Notes: generated from the letters alone by a model not told the origin. 63,492 nt of DNA, filler included, from Octopus bimaculoides (GCF_001194135.2; 5 parts of 5 records of this genome joined end to end with filler, not necessarily neighbours in it), one strand, 5' to 3'. Numbered from the whole stretch's first letter, positions 1 through 11,519 are shown. Program-made: numbers and translations.

Positions 1-96
1 TCTATCTATCTATCTATCTAAAGATAGGCAGACAGGCAGATAGATAGATAGATATCTATCTATCTGCCTGTCTGCCTATCTTTCTACTTACCTCTA

Positions 97-163
<67 letters not shown>

Positions 164-192
164 GTGTGTCCCTATCTATCTATGTATGTATG

Positions 193-245
<53 letters not shown>

Positions 246-277
246 GTCTGTCTGTCTATGTGTGCGTGTGTGTGCAC

Positions 278-332
<55 letters not shown>

Positions 333-347
333 CTTATCTATCTATCT
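1..347. repeat. (TCTA)n tetranucleotide microsatellite with TCTG/TATG/TG interruptions
   Basis: Direct reading; it generates the YLSI-repeat ORFs. Confidence 0.97.
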
Positions 348-357
348 CTATTTTTTT

Positions 358-1100
358 CTGATAAAGAAAAAACGAAAAAAGATGAGAATAAAAGGAGAAA
401 ATAGAACATAATGGAAGAAAGTGAAAAAAAAAAAGGAAAAAAAAAACGAGGTGAAGAAAGAGTAAAGAGAGAGAATGAATGCAAAATAAAAGGAAAGAAA
501 CGAAGAGCAAAATAAAAATAAAAAAGGAAAACAGGAGATCAAAGTTAGCGGGATAAAAAAGGTAAAATGGAGGGAGGATAAACGATAAAGAAAAACTATG
601 GAAATAAAAGGGAAAAAGAGGAAAGAGGAAAAGAAAGAAAATACAAGCGAGTAAAATAATAAAGAAAAAGAAAAAAAACGTAGAAAGAAAGACGGAGAAA
701 GATGGACAGAAAGAAAAAGCATCGAAAAGGGAAAAGAGATAGAGAAAATAAAGGGAGAGAAGCGAGGGAAAAATTGGTAGAAAGAGTTAGAAAGAAAAAG
801 AGTTCCATGAACGGAATTACAAGCTGCTATAATTAGGCACGTAATAATTACATGCTCCAATGAATTTAAATCTTGTCAAAGGAAATAAATAAAGAAAATA
901 TGTATGAAAATAAACAATAAACAAATGAAATAAAATAATAGACGCAAATAGTAAAATAATAAATAATAAACGAATGTTAATAGAATAATGATAATAATAA
1001 ATAAATAAATAAAGAGACAAAGTGGTTTCGGAAGACGAAGAAAGCGAAAGAAAGAGAAAGAGAGAGAGAGAGATGGGGGGGGGGGAAACAAAATGAAAGA
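358..1100. repeat. Purine-rich (A/G) low-complexity tract grading into (AAT)n and (GA)n
   Basis: Plus strand almost exclusively A/G for ~550 bp, then AAT-rich. Confidence 0.9.
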
Positions 1101-1873
1101 CGTCAGGAGGTGGTGAAGTGTGACTGTCAGATTGCTATTCACTGGTGGCTAAATGGTTCCATAGTGACATAAAAAACATAACATGGAGGAAATGGTGTGT
1201 GTATGTATTTATACACTATACACACACACGCACGCACACACGCACACACACACGTATACATATATACATATATTCATACACATACACACATGCATGGTGA
1301 TTAGACACATATGGACCAAACTGTACTTTTGGTCCATAGTTGGGTCCATATTACGTTTTAAAATTCATCTAAAGGAAACATTTATCCTCTGAAGAAAGCT
1401 CTAGTAATAACTAATGTGGGCGGGGCTACGATAAAAAAAAAACGGAAAAAAAAAAAATATCATATGTCGAAAATATGAGTATATTTACTCAGAAGTATCA
1501 TCCCAGGGTAAGAAGATGTTTCGACAACTGTCTGTCACTTCAGCCGGAATCGATTAAAAACAGTGGTATTCTACAGCACTATAAATAATTGCCGACACCA
1601 AGAGACTCCCTCGTATATGAAGCAATCGTCAAAACAAAGAGACGGATGAGAACACTTTGAAATATAACTGAAAAAAGTTCAGCGTTAGTAAGCTAGTGAA
1701 AATACCTCCCGAGTGTTTCATTGGAAAATATACTGAGAATGCTTAAAATATCCTAAAGCACTTTTTACACACACATGATCCATGCAAAACATTTTTAATT
1801 CATCTAAACGACGCGTGTATTCATCGAGTGTCCTACGACTAATTATATATATTTAAGTATAAAAAGAAAGGGT

Positions 1874-1990
1874 GGCGCAATGGTCCAGTGGTTAGGGCAG
1901 CGGATTTGCGGTCAGAGGATCACAGTTTCGATTCCCAGGCGTTATGTGTATTTATTAAGTGAAAATACCTAAAGTTCCTCGAGCCGACGC
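1874..1990 (+). mobile_element. tRNA-derived SINE 5' head, truncated
   Basis: A-box-like TGGTCCAGTGG and B-box-like GTTTCGATTCC, followed by SINE body rather than a tRNA acceptor stem. Confidence 0.75.
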
Positions 1991-2074
1991 AGTTAATATG
2001 CGCTTTTTCGTTTTTGTTGTTAAAAAACATGTCACTGATCACCCTGTATTTGTTTGTCTTTCTTCGTTTCCGTA

Positions 2075-2432
2075 TTGACCAGTACTTCATTTATCGTGTT
2101 CGATGGGGGTGAATAGCAAAGTTCACCTCGCCATGATTTGAAATCAGGATGAAAAGTTCCAGAATAAATGCCGTAAAGCATTTTCTCCGCCGCTTTAATG
2201 AATCTGCCAATCCATTCGACATAACCTTTTCTGTAATAGTTACAAAGCTTGAAATTGTTGGGGAGGGGCCAAGAACGATTACATCGGCCCTTAGCACTCA
2301 ACTAGGACTTATTTTATAAATCCCAACAGGATAAAAGGCAAACTCTTCCACGGTGGTATTTCAACTCAGATCGTAAAGCCGGAAGAAATTACGCGGAGCA
2401 TTTCGTCCGGCGTGCTAACGATTCTGTCAGCC
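2075..2432 (-). mobile_element. Two head-to-tail copies of a tRNA-related SINE (GCTGGCAGAATCGTTAGC family)
   Basis: Reverse complement aligns by eye to copies at 4120-5015, 29160-29345 and 39281-39493; the 2075-2222 copy is more decayed. Confidence 0.75.
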
Positions 2433-2454
2433 TTGATCCATCGCAATTATAATT

Positions 2455-2690
2455 CTTTTACTTTTTCAATCATTTGACTGTGGTCATACTGTAGCCATTC
2501 AAGGAGCATTGCCTGGAAGGTTTTATTAGTTGATTTAATCGACCCCAGGACTTATTTCTTAAGCCTAGTACTTATTCTATCGGTCACGTTTGCCGAACTG
2601 CTACGTTATGGGGACATAAACACACCAACGATGGTTGTCAAACGGTGATGGTGGGATAAACACAGACACACACAGAGATATATACAATAA
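2455..2690 (-). mobile_element. 3' half of the microsatellite-containing SINE family
   Basis: GCCGAACTGCTACGTTATGGGACATAAACACACC motif shared with 11170-11519, 24660-25030, 45364-45820 and 48715-48950. Confidence 0.85.
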
Positions 2691-4119
2691 ATTGATTATA
2701 CTTCTACGAAACAAAATATTTTGGCAGTTTTTTTTTTTTATACAATTCTTCGTAATATTTAATTACAAAAATATAGGATTTTTTTTAAACATTGAATAGC
2801 TATGAGGGTCCAGTGGAATAAAACAGAAACAAAATGGGTTCATAGGCAAAAAATGGGTGAGAACCAAAGCTATGGGGTATACCATATGCTTTATCACTTT
2901 TTCTATAAACTGACGCCAAAGGCATTTTGGAACAACACGACAAAAGTCACAGACACTTCCGTATCCAATAAAACAATATACGTGTGTGTGTGTGTTTATT
3001 CTTTACTCTCTTTTTCTTAATTTCATTCTCTTTACGTGTAAAAATGTTGGTCAAACTTAAGCCGATGTCACTTCTAAAAGTCAAGTATTAATTACACGAA
3101 TATATTGATTCTTTCCCCCCCCCCNNNNNNNNNNNNNNNNNNNNNNNNNNNNNNNNNNNNNNNNNNNNNNNNNNNNNNNNNNNNNNNNNNNNNNNNNNNN
3201 NNNNNNNNNNNNNNNNNNNNNNNNNNNNNNNNNNNNNNNNNNNNNNNNNNNNNNNNNNNNGTGGAAGGTGGAGGAAAACGTTTAATGAAATGAATGTCTA
3301 GTGCTTGCGGCCTATCTAGTTTACATTCACAGACGAAGTCTACAATTTGCTACCCTGGTCTCGTGTCAATGTCTGCAGAACGCAATGTATCTTGCTGTTT
3401 ATATTGTAGCCAAAAGTCCAACTGGTCATATCACCACAGACTGTATGTAGTTTTATATATATCTATCTACACGTCTATTTTGTAGCAACACTAAAACAGA
3501 GATGGTTAGCGACATGGAGAAAGGGGCGAGCTCTGAAATTCGACACGGTGTTGATTTCCGTTTGTGGCTGTGTCATTTTATTTATGCTCTTAATGCCCTC
3601 CAGGGAGAAAGGAATGCACAACGGCTAAAAGAGAGAGAGAGAGAGAGAGGAAACAACCTTACGTCCTCTTTCAAACACACACACACACACACACACACAC
3701 AGCGGCTCCTTTTGCTTGCTCATAAATGACATGTACGAGACAGGTGAATATTGTTACCGATTGGATTTCATCAAAACGCATTGTTTTTCCTGACGGCTTT
3801 TGGTCTCAAGCCAAGGAATCCTAGAGAAATGTATGATGAAATCTACAGAATATGCACCATTTATTTGGTATGACATGGGATTAAAGAATCAACGAGAAAG
3901 TCTCGACGTACTCGGTTGTTCTGAGAAACATAGCAGTTAAATCCCACACATGTCACACTCTGTTGTGGTGGTGGTGGTGGTTGGTTGTGATGGCGGTCGT
4001 CGTGAAGGTAGGGGTTATGGTGATTGAAGTAGATATGGTCGCTATTTCTAGCGAATTGAATAGCCACATAGAGACGCTCTTCACTGACTTTATTCTACTT
4101 AGTATTACTTAGCACCCGT

Positions 4120-5015
4120 AAAGCAGCAAGCTGGCAGAATCGTTAGTGCGCCGGGCGAAATGCGTAGTGGGGATCTTGTTCAAAACGGGGGCACCAGTTT
4201 TCATTTATGTTTTATGTAGTGTTTTTGGTACCGAAAGACTTTCAAACTTCGTATACTTATCTATTTTGTGTTATAGAACAGAAAAAAACTTTTGTATTCG
4301 GATTTATTTCATGTAAAAAATTGTCTTATTTCGATCATTTCAACCAATCACTGACAAGTATTCAGCTGTTTACAGTTACTCCTAAGCGGTGTAAACGTAT
4401 TTAATCTCCATTACTTCTGACATTTTGCAGAGGCAACACACGTGTGTTCGTTTTCCCTAACCCTAACCCTAANNNNNNNNNNNNNNNNNNNNNNNNNNNN
4501 NNNNNNNNNNNNNNNNNNNNNNNNNNNNNNNNNNNNNNNNNNNNNNAGCTACTGCCAATATGCTTCAGCCATTTTTTGACAAGGAAATAATAATTTTATC
4601 ACCGCCGCGAATCGTTTGTTTACGTAGTCAGCACTTAATTTTTACGTCTGAATGGACGTCAGTCATTGGTTGAAATTACAGAAATACGACAACTTTAACA
4701 TGAAATAACTTGCGATGTACGTTTTTTTGTTAAGAAGACTAAGAGAAAAAGATGTTTTATATGACACATTCTACCAGTGTCCCAAGTTTCAAAGTGTTTC
4801 GTTAAGAGAATATTGGTGCCCCCGTTTTGAACAAGATCCCGTAGTGGTATTTCGTCTGTCGTTGCGCTCTGAATTCAAATTCCGCCGAGGTCGACTTTGC
4901 CTTTTATCCTTTCAGGGTCGATACAATAAGTACCAGTTGAACACTAAGGTCGATGTAATTGACTCATCCCCTCCCGCAAAATTGCTGCCCTTGTGGCAAA
5001 ATATGAAACCATTAT
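4120..5015 (+). mobile_element. SINE with 11-bp TSD, split by a MITE insertion
   Basis: TTAGCACCCGT at 4109-4119 and 5016-5026; removing 4171-4846 restores a contiguous SINE (AAATGCGTAGTGGTATTTCG). Confidence 0.85.
4171..4838. mobile_element. Non-autonomous DNA transposon (MITE), Merlin-like termini, carrying internal (CCCTAA)n
   Basis: TIR GGATCTTGTTCAAAACGGGG(G)CACCA at both ends; 8-bp direct repeat CGTAGTGG at 4163-4170 and 4839-4846; subterminal inverted repeat ~4298-4357 vs ~4655-4713; (CCCTAA)3 at 4455-4472 running into a gap. Confidence 0.85.
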
Positions 5016-5809
5016 TTAGCACCCGTCCAGTCGTGAAAGGACAACAGCTCTACAATCAAATGCAAGACATAGAGCATTTAAGACTACACTGTGGTATGTA
5101 CCCTTACTTTTCAAGAGGTTTCCCTACGTGACTATATTTTATAAATGAAAACTGCACGCTGGATAATGAAGTCCTGGCTATATCGTCCGATAATAAGACG
5201 GGATGGGTCATAGCTGGAACGCTTTGATCATTGCTTTGCTTGACCAGTAATGACCGGGTAGTTAACAACAACAACAACTGCAAATCGTGTTGCCGTCAAA
5301 CAAATTTGTTCTCTTCGTCCTTTGAGACTCCAACTATAAAAAGCTGAAATGCTTGGCATGTGATACGCTGCTGCTGATGATTGTAGTAGTAGTGGTGGTG
5401 GTGGTGGTCGTCGTCGTCGTCGTCTTGAAGGTAGTGGTTATGCTGATACTGATGATAGTGGTGGTAGTGATGGACGGTCAGTATCCAGTGGTGTGATTTC
5501 TGTTCTTAATCTAAGCCGGTTCGAATGACCGGATACCCCGTTGTGTCTACGTGAGTGTATACGTATAAATGTATATATGTGTGTGTATATGCGTGTGAGT
5601 ATGTGTATGTATATATATGTGTGTGTGTGTGTGTGTGTACACATATATTAATGGAATTCTTTTCTCCATTTTGAGTGTATTTTTATGTATACTTTCATGT
5701 ATTTTGTGCTTTTTAATGTCATTCAAGTCCACGTGCGGTAATTAACATTTGTGAGGTGAACGAAATGGAAGTGGTGGGGATGTTGGTGCTAAGGTAATAA
5801 CAACAACAA

Positions 5810-5856
<47 letters not shown>

Positions 5857-5867
5857 ATATGTCTTGG

Positions 5868-6345
5868 TATAAGAAGATGGGCTACAGCAAATATTCCGCT
5901 TAATATCACAGATTTGCTTGTCAGTTGTTTGACCGTAACCAGTTGAGCATGTCCCTTGGTGGCTGACGATATATGCATCTCTGATCACGAGCAGTAGTAG
6001 GGGAGCATCATAGCCATGTAGAGAAAGGAATTCTTTGAAGTTTAAATAAGTCACCTTTGGAAACATGGGTGTTTTGCTCAACATCCTTAAACAAACCTTA
6101 TTCAGGGAACTTTTGAGCGGGATGGGCTATTCGACCTGAAGAAAATTCTAACTGGGCCCCACCTGTGAGGTCATGCGCTGTTGATCTTGATATGAGATCA
6201 CCATGTCGCGCACACATGGTTGTGATGCATGTGCCTGGTGTACCCTTATCAGACGGGTAGTCATGATGGGTATACCGGGCTTCGTATATTTTACCCCAGT
6301 GTCACTTTGATGGCATGCACTGCTCTCTCACTCAATAATAATAAT
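5868..6345 (+). mobile_element. 3' portion of an interspersed retro-repeat ending in an (AAT)n tail
   Basis: Resembles a recalled Octopus repeat ending ...CTCTCTCACTCAATAATAATAAT; family not assigned. Confidence 0.6.
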
Positions 6346-6514
6346 TTCTTTTATTAGCCAGAGGAGCATATATTAGGGGCACAGACAATAGTCTGTGTGA
6401 CGATTTACAAAGAGGATTGAGATAAAGAAATGGAAAAGACAGTGAAATATGATAGAAGTATACATAGTTTTTTTACACAAACAGTAAAGCGTATTGTTCA
6501 AACACACCTACTAC

Positions 6515-6683
6515 CACTAGCGAAGCTAGAGTGTACGCCGCTCGGGGCAGTCCTTCCGTTTGCCGCCTCCAGGACCCCACAAAAAACACATATTACCTAC
6601 AGCAGAACCAAAAGTGGTGTCCCTTTAAAAGTGCCGCCCGGGGCGGACCGCTCTTCCCGCTCACCCTCCCAGTTACGCTAGTG
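6515..6683. mobile_element. 169-bp hAT-like MITE
   Basis: Imperfect TIRs CACTAGCGAAGCT / AGTTACGCTAGTG; 8-bp flanks CCTACTAC (6507-6514) and CCTGCTAC (6684-6691), 7/8 identical. Confidence 0.75.
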
Positions 6684-6716
6684 CCTGCTACAACTAAAAT
6701 AAAACAACACATACAG

Positions 6717-6749
<33 letters not shown>

Positions 6750-6750
<1 letters not shown>

Positions 6751-6858
6751 TGGGTCATCCCATAAATTATGCGGTTTTTTCAATTGTATGAACTAAAAGT
6801 CGGAGGAGGAGAGGATAAACAACCTGCATCAATCTATATATATAAAAATGAGAACGTG

Positions 6859-6901
<43 letters not shown>

Positions 6902-8701
6902 GTGAATCCCTAAAACTCGAGAACTACGCAACCAATTTCATTCAAATTTTACACATGCCTTACTTAGGGTTCCAGTTGTGTTTTAGTCAAAAAAATTTTT
7001 AACTTCTTGCAGAGTTCGAGCCCACCGCAACATAATATCTCCTCCACTATTTAAGTATTACGTGTCAAAAGTGAAACAAAAACAAATACTTTCACTTTAA
7101 AAATGAAACTATTCTACTAACTGAAACAATCACATTTCGATACTGTAATGNNNNNNNNNNNNNNNNNNNNNNNNNNNNNNNNNNNNNNNNNNNNNNNNNN
7201 NNNNNNNNNNNNNNNNNNNNNNNNNNNNNNNNNNNNNNNNNNNNNNNNNNNNNNNNNNNNNNNNNNNNNNNNNNNNNNNNNNNNNNNNNNNNNNNNNNNN
7301 NNNNNNNNNNNNNNNNNNNNNNNNNNNNNNNNNNNNNNNNNNNNNNNNNNNNNNNNNNNNNNNNNNNNNNNNNNNNNNNNNNNNNNNNNNNNNNNNNNNN
7401 NNNNNNNNNNNNNNNNNNNNNNNNNNNNNNNNNNNNNNNNNNNNNNNNNNNNNNNNNNNNNNNNNNNNNNNNNNNNNNNNNNNNNNNNNNNNNNNNNNNN
7501 NNNNNNNNNNNNNNNNNNNNNNNNNNNNNNNNNNNNNNNNNNNNNNNNNNNNNNNNNNNNNNNNNNNNNNNNNNNNNNNNNNNNNNNNNNNNNNNNTATA
7601 CTTACATTGTGATTTCTGCAATGTGGTGCATAAATTGTCATGTAAATGAGACGCATCTTTGCCTCCACTGATTCACTTGCAAAGTGTTGAGTAAAATTAT
7701 TTCGTTGCAGACCTCCTTTGGGTCTTTTTATTATCACTGCGACACACATAGTCCCCAGTTGGTAACATTGATTTCAAGGCCCTCCTAGATGAGAGACTGG
7801 CATTCCACTTAATGTCTATGTTCCATGCTGGCATGGATTGGAGAGTTATTAATGTAGAAATATGGTATCGTAGCTACTAACAGTTGAGGGTTGCGTAGTC
7901 TAGACGGCATTTTTAGATTTCATTATTCTCTTTAACCCGGGCAAAGCCGGGTATTTCTGCTAGTTTTCTATAAAAGCAGGTAGTAATTTTATCTTATCCT
8001 TATTCTTTGTGCAATTTTTGAAGAGTGCAGTTCGATTTTAACAATTCAAAGCTACAATGGAAATGACAGAGGAGCATGTTCAGCATATTTTGCTTTATGA
8101 GTTCAATAAAAGCAACAACGCGAAGGAAAATGTGAGGAATATTAATGCAGTATAAGGAGATCGGACAATAAGCCTAGAAGACGAGCCTCGTCCTGGAAGA
8201 TCTGTAGATCTCGACGAGTACGGCCTGCAAACCCTAGTAGAACAAAATCTCATCGTAACTGTTGAGGAACTAGCAGAGAAGCTTGGCTTTGATCAATTAA
8301 CCAGTGCTAGAAGAAAACCAACCATCTTTGGTTTCAAGACGAAAAGTGTTCTTCCATCAGGGTAATGCTCAGCCACATACAGCATGGATGACATTCTAAA
8401 AGCTGGAGCAGTTTGAATGAGAAACGATGCCCTACCCACCTTATTCGCTGGACATTACCCCATCTGATTATCATTTATTCTGCAGTCTTCAAAATCATTT
8501 GGACGGAAAAAATATGAATTCTATAGACGAGGTCAGAACAGTACTGGAGGATTGAAAGAGGGGCCTTGCCAGTCTACCAGATAGATGGAAGAGCATTGTA
8601 GAAAATGAAGGAGAGTTAGTTCGATTAAAAAACAACTTTATATCTTAATTTTGAAAAATAAAAGTATAAAAAAAAACTCCATTATTTATGGGATGACCCA
8701 A
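6750..8701 (+). mobile_element. Internally deleted mariner transposon (pseudo-transposase ~8057-8600), interrupted by a Helitron
   Basis: TIRs TTGGGTCATCCCATAAA(T/A)(T/A)ATG at both ends, flanked by TA; translation MEMTEEHVQHILLYEFNK...LEDEPRPGR...FHQGNAQPH...YPPYSLDITPSDYHLF with stops and deletions. Confidence 0.93.
6833..7963 (+). mobile_element. Non-autonomous Helitron
   Basis: 5' TC(TATATATATAAAA) after A6832; 3' hairpin ACCCGG-GCAAAG-CCGGGT (7935-7952) then CTAG (7960-7963) before T7964; no TSD; internal (TCTG)n; 447-N gap inside. Confidence 0.88.
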
Positions 8702-8715
8702 TATATATATATATT

Positions 8716-8812
8716 CAGGTGTTGGACAAAATAATGGAAACACCTAGCACTATAGCATCATAATTTTGAAATAACTATAAAACCGTCAAAAGCTTGTTTC
8801 ATTTTATAACAG
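8716..8812 (+). mobile_element. Solo Tc1-like terminal fragment
   Basis: CAGGTGTTGGACAAAATAATGGAAACACC next to a TA run resembles Tc1-family TIRs; no partner TIR seen. Confidence 0.5.
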
Positions 8813-8813
8813 A

Positions 8814-9085
8814 CTTACAAAGAATAACTCCTGTGGGTCGATCTGTTCGACTAAAGGCGGTGCTCCAGCACGGCCGCAGTCAAATAACTGAAACAAATAA
8901 AAGAATAAAAGAATTACTACTACGTTCCAGAGTTCATGTTCCGCCGCGGTCAACGTTGCCTTTCGATCTTTTGGAATCGATAAAATTAAAGTACCCGCCA
9001 AGTACTGGGTCCGACGGTATCGATTAACCCATCCCACCCGCCTCGAAAGGTCTGGCTTTGTTCCTAAATTAGAAACCAATGTTAT
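8814..9085 (+). mobile_element. Two adjacent SINE 3' fragments (different families)
   Basis: CGACTAAAGGCGGTGCTCCAGCACGGCCGCAGTCAAATAACTGAAAC tail, followed by a TTCCGCCGCGGTCAACGTTGCC body. Confidence 0.75.
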
Positions 9086-9469
9086 TATTATTATAGCTGT
9101 TGTTGTTGTCGCCGTGGTTGTCGTAGTCGTCGTGGTCATCACCGTCGTCGCCATCATGGTCACCGCCGCCGTTATGTGTTTTGTAGCCGAGGTACTCTTC
9201 TCTCCTCGAAACCTAAACGAAGGACCGTGTTCATTGTGAACGGCAGCCTCTAAAGAGACATGTCTAGAACAAGAGAATAAGTCTACCTAATGAATCTTAT
9301 CTGATTCACCTATCCAGGTGTTCCTCCTCATAAGAGTCTCAGTGGATTCTCAAGTAGACTTAGCCACTGCTATAACATTCTCGTTGAGATCCACTTCACT
9401 GATTCCGCCGCTTAACCAACCTGTCTATCTCTTCGCTCTTCTCCTCCTCACAACTACGATGTCAGTTTC

Positions 9470-9668
9470 TGTGTATGGTGTTTGTGTGTGCGCCTACGTC
9501 TGCGTATATGCGTGTATGTGTGTATGAGTGCGTGTGTGAATGTGTTTGTGTGTGTGTGTGTGTGCGTCTGTATATATGTGCGTGTATTTGTGTATGTGTA
9601 TTGAGTGCGTGTGTGTACCTGTGTGCATTTTTGTCTGTAATGGACATACATGTGTGTTTGGAGAGAGG

Positions 9669-9710
<42 letters not shown>

Positions 9711-10560
9711 CAGACAGACAGAAAGAGAGAGGAAGAGAGAAAGAGCTAAAAAACACAAACCCCACATACTTACTCTTATATGTATATAGACCTATATATA
9801 TATATAAATATATATAAATATATACATATATACATATACATATATATATATATATNNNNNNNNNNNNNNNNNNNNNNNNNNNNNNNNNNNNNNNNNNNNN
9901 NNNNNNNNNNNNNNNNNNNNNNNNNNNNNNNNNNNNNNNNNNNNNNNNNNNNNNNNNNNNNNNNNNNNNNNNNNNNNNNNNNNNNNNNNNNNNNNNNNNN
10001 NNNNNNNNNNNNNNNNNNNNNNNNNNNNNNNNNNNNNNNNNNNNNNNNNNNNNNNNNNNNNNNNNNNNNNNNNNNNNNNNNNNNNNNNNNNNNNNNNNNN
10101 NNNNNNNNNNNNNNNNNNNNNNNNNNNNNNNNNNNNNNNNNNNNNNNNNNNNNNNNNNNNNNNNNNNNNNNNNNNNNNNNNNATATATATATATATGCAT
10201 TTATATATATATTTACATTTATGTATTTAAATATATACACATACAAACACACATACATATATATGTGTGAGTGTGTGTGTAAGTATATGTGTATATACAC
10301 ACACACACACACACACATATGCCGCGCACACAGACATGTATAAATATATAAATATAAATAACTGGATGATTGACTGGCTTAGATGGATGGACGTGTGTGT
10401 ATGTGTGTGTGAAAGAGAGGGAAAAATAGAAAGACAGACAGAAAAAAAAGAAAGAAAGAACGAAAGAAAGGAAGAAAGGAAGAAAGAAAGGGGAGAGAGA
10501 GCGAAAGAGCAGCAGAGACAGAAACACACACACAGAACATATATAGTAGATTCCATGTTT
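9470..10560. repeat. Compound (TG)n/(GA)n/(TA)n/(GAAA)n microsatellite block with gap
   Basis: Direct reading. Confidence 0.95.
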
Positions 10561-10784
10561 GTTATTTTGATGAATGAATCGCTGAGTGTCAACAGTAGTT
10601 TTTCTATGACACTCTTACTACCTCGCTGCGTATAGCATAGAATAGCTCAAAGGGTTATTTGAAAGGCTCCTTTATGTAAAGAACGCTTAGTTCGCTGATG
10701 AGTCTGAAATACCAATCGAACCACAGCGCATTGTGTTTTTCTTTTATAAGTAGTTTGCTTGTTTCTTCAATTTTACATGTATAA

Positions 10785-10824
<40 letters not shown>

Positions 10825-10829
10825 ACACA

Positions 10830-10880
<51 letters not shown>

Positions 10881-11169
10881 ACAGCAGAAAATACAAACAA
10901 CAAACAAAAACGGAAAGCAACATAAGTTCAAGGCACGTTCGTAGTTAATATTATTATTAAGTTGACGCTCAAAGACGATGAAAAAAAGTTATAGAGGAAA
11001 AGTATAACGTTTCGGATATAGTCCTTCGTCGGATATATAGAAGAAAGTCCTGAGGAGACCAAGAAGAAAACGAAAAAGGGCAAAGGGACAGATTAAAAAC
11101 AGAGTAGCGAGCCAGAAGATAAATGAGCGTATGTCAAATAACATACAATTCTTGATTTATCTTTCATCT

Positions 11170-11519
11170 TTTACTTCTTTCAGTCATTGGACTGCCGCCA
11201 TGCTGGGGCACTGCGTTGAAAGGTTTTAGTCGAACAAACCGACACCAGGTCTTTTTATATATTTTTTAGCTTAGTACTTATTTTTTATGACTCTTTTGCC
11301 GAACTGTTAAGTTACGGGGACGTAAACACGCCAAGTATAGTTGTCAAGTGGTGGAAGAGGACAAATACAGACAAAGACACCCTCCACCAATCCCCCCCCA
11401 CACACACACATACACATATAGCCCAAGGCTATAGTAGAAGACACTTGCCCAAGGTGCCACGAAGTGGGACTGAACCCGTAACCATGTGGTTGGGAAGCAA
11501 TCTTCTTACCACACAGCCA
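11170..11519 (-). mobile_element. tRNA-derived SINE with internal deletion
   Basis: Reverse complement starts TGGCTGTGTGGTAAGAAGATTGCTTCCCAACC...GGGTTCAGTCCCAC...CCTTGGGCAAGTGTCTTC. Confidence 0.88.

Noticed and set aside
162-860. YLSI-repeat ORFs and the 170-aa Phe-rich 'membrane protein' ORF
   Set aside because: Translations of the TCTA microsatellite and of the antisense of the purine tract.
1874-1945. Possible tRNA gene
   Set aside because: It has A and B boxes but no acceptor stem, and it continues into SINE body sequence.
2032-2301. 89-aa protein-like ORF
   Set aside because: Lies wholly within two tandem SINE copies.
4455-4472. Chromosome end / true telomere
   Set aside because: The CCCTAA repeats are internal to a TIR- and TSD-bounded element.
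4715-5131. 138-aa ORF
   Set aside because: Reads through the MITE right arm and the SINE.
7117-7749. ORFs spanning N gaps (also at 9454, 18943, 20384, 27383, 38203, 49126 and 60913)
   Set aside because: Their length comes from X residues.
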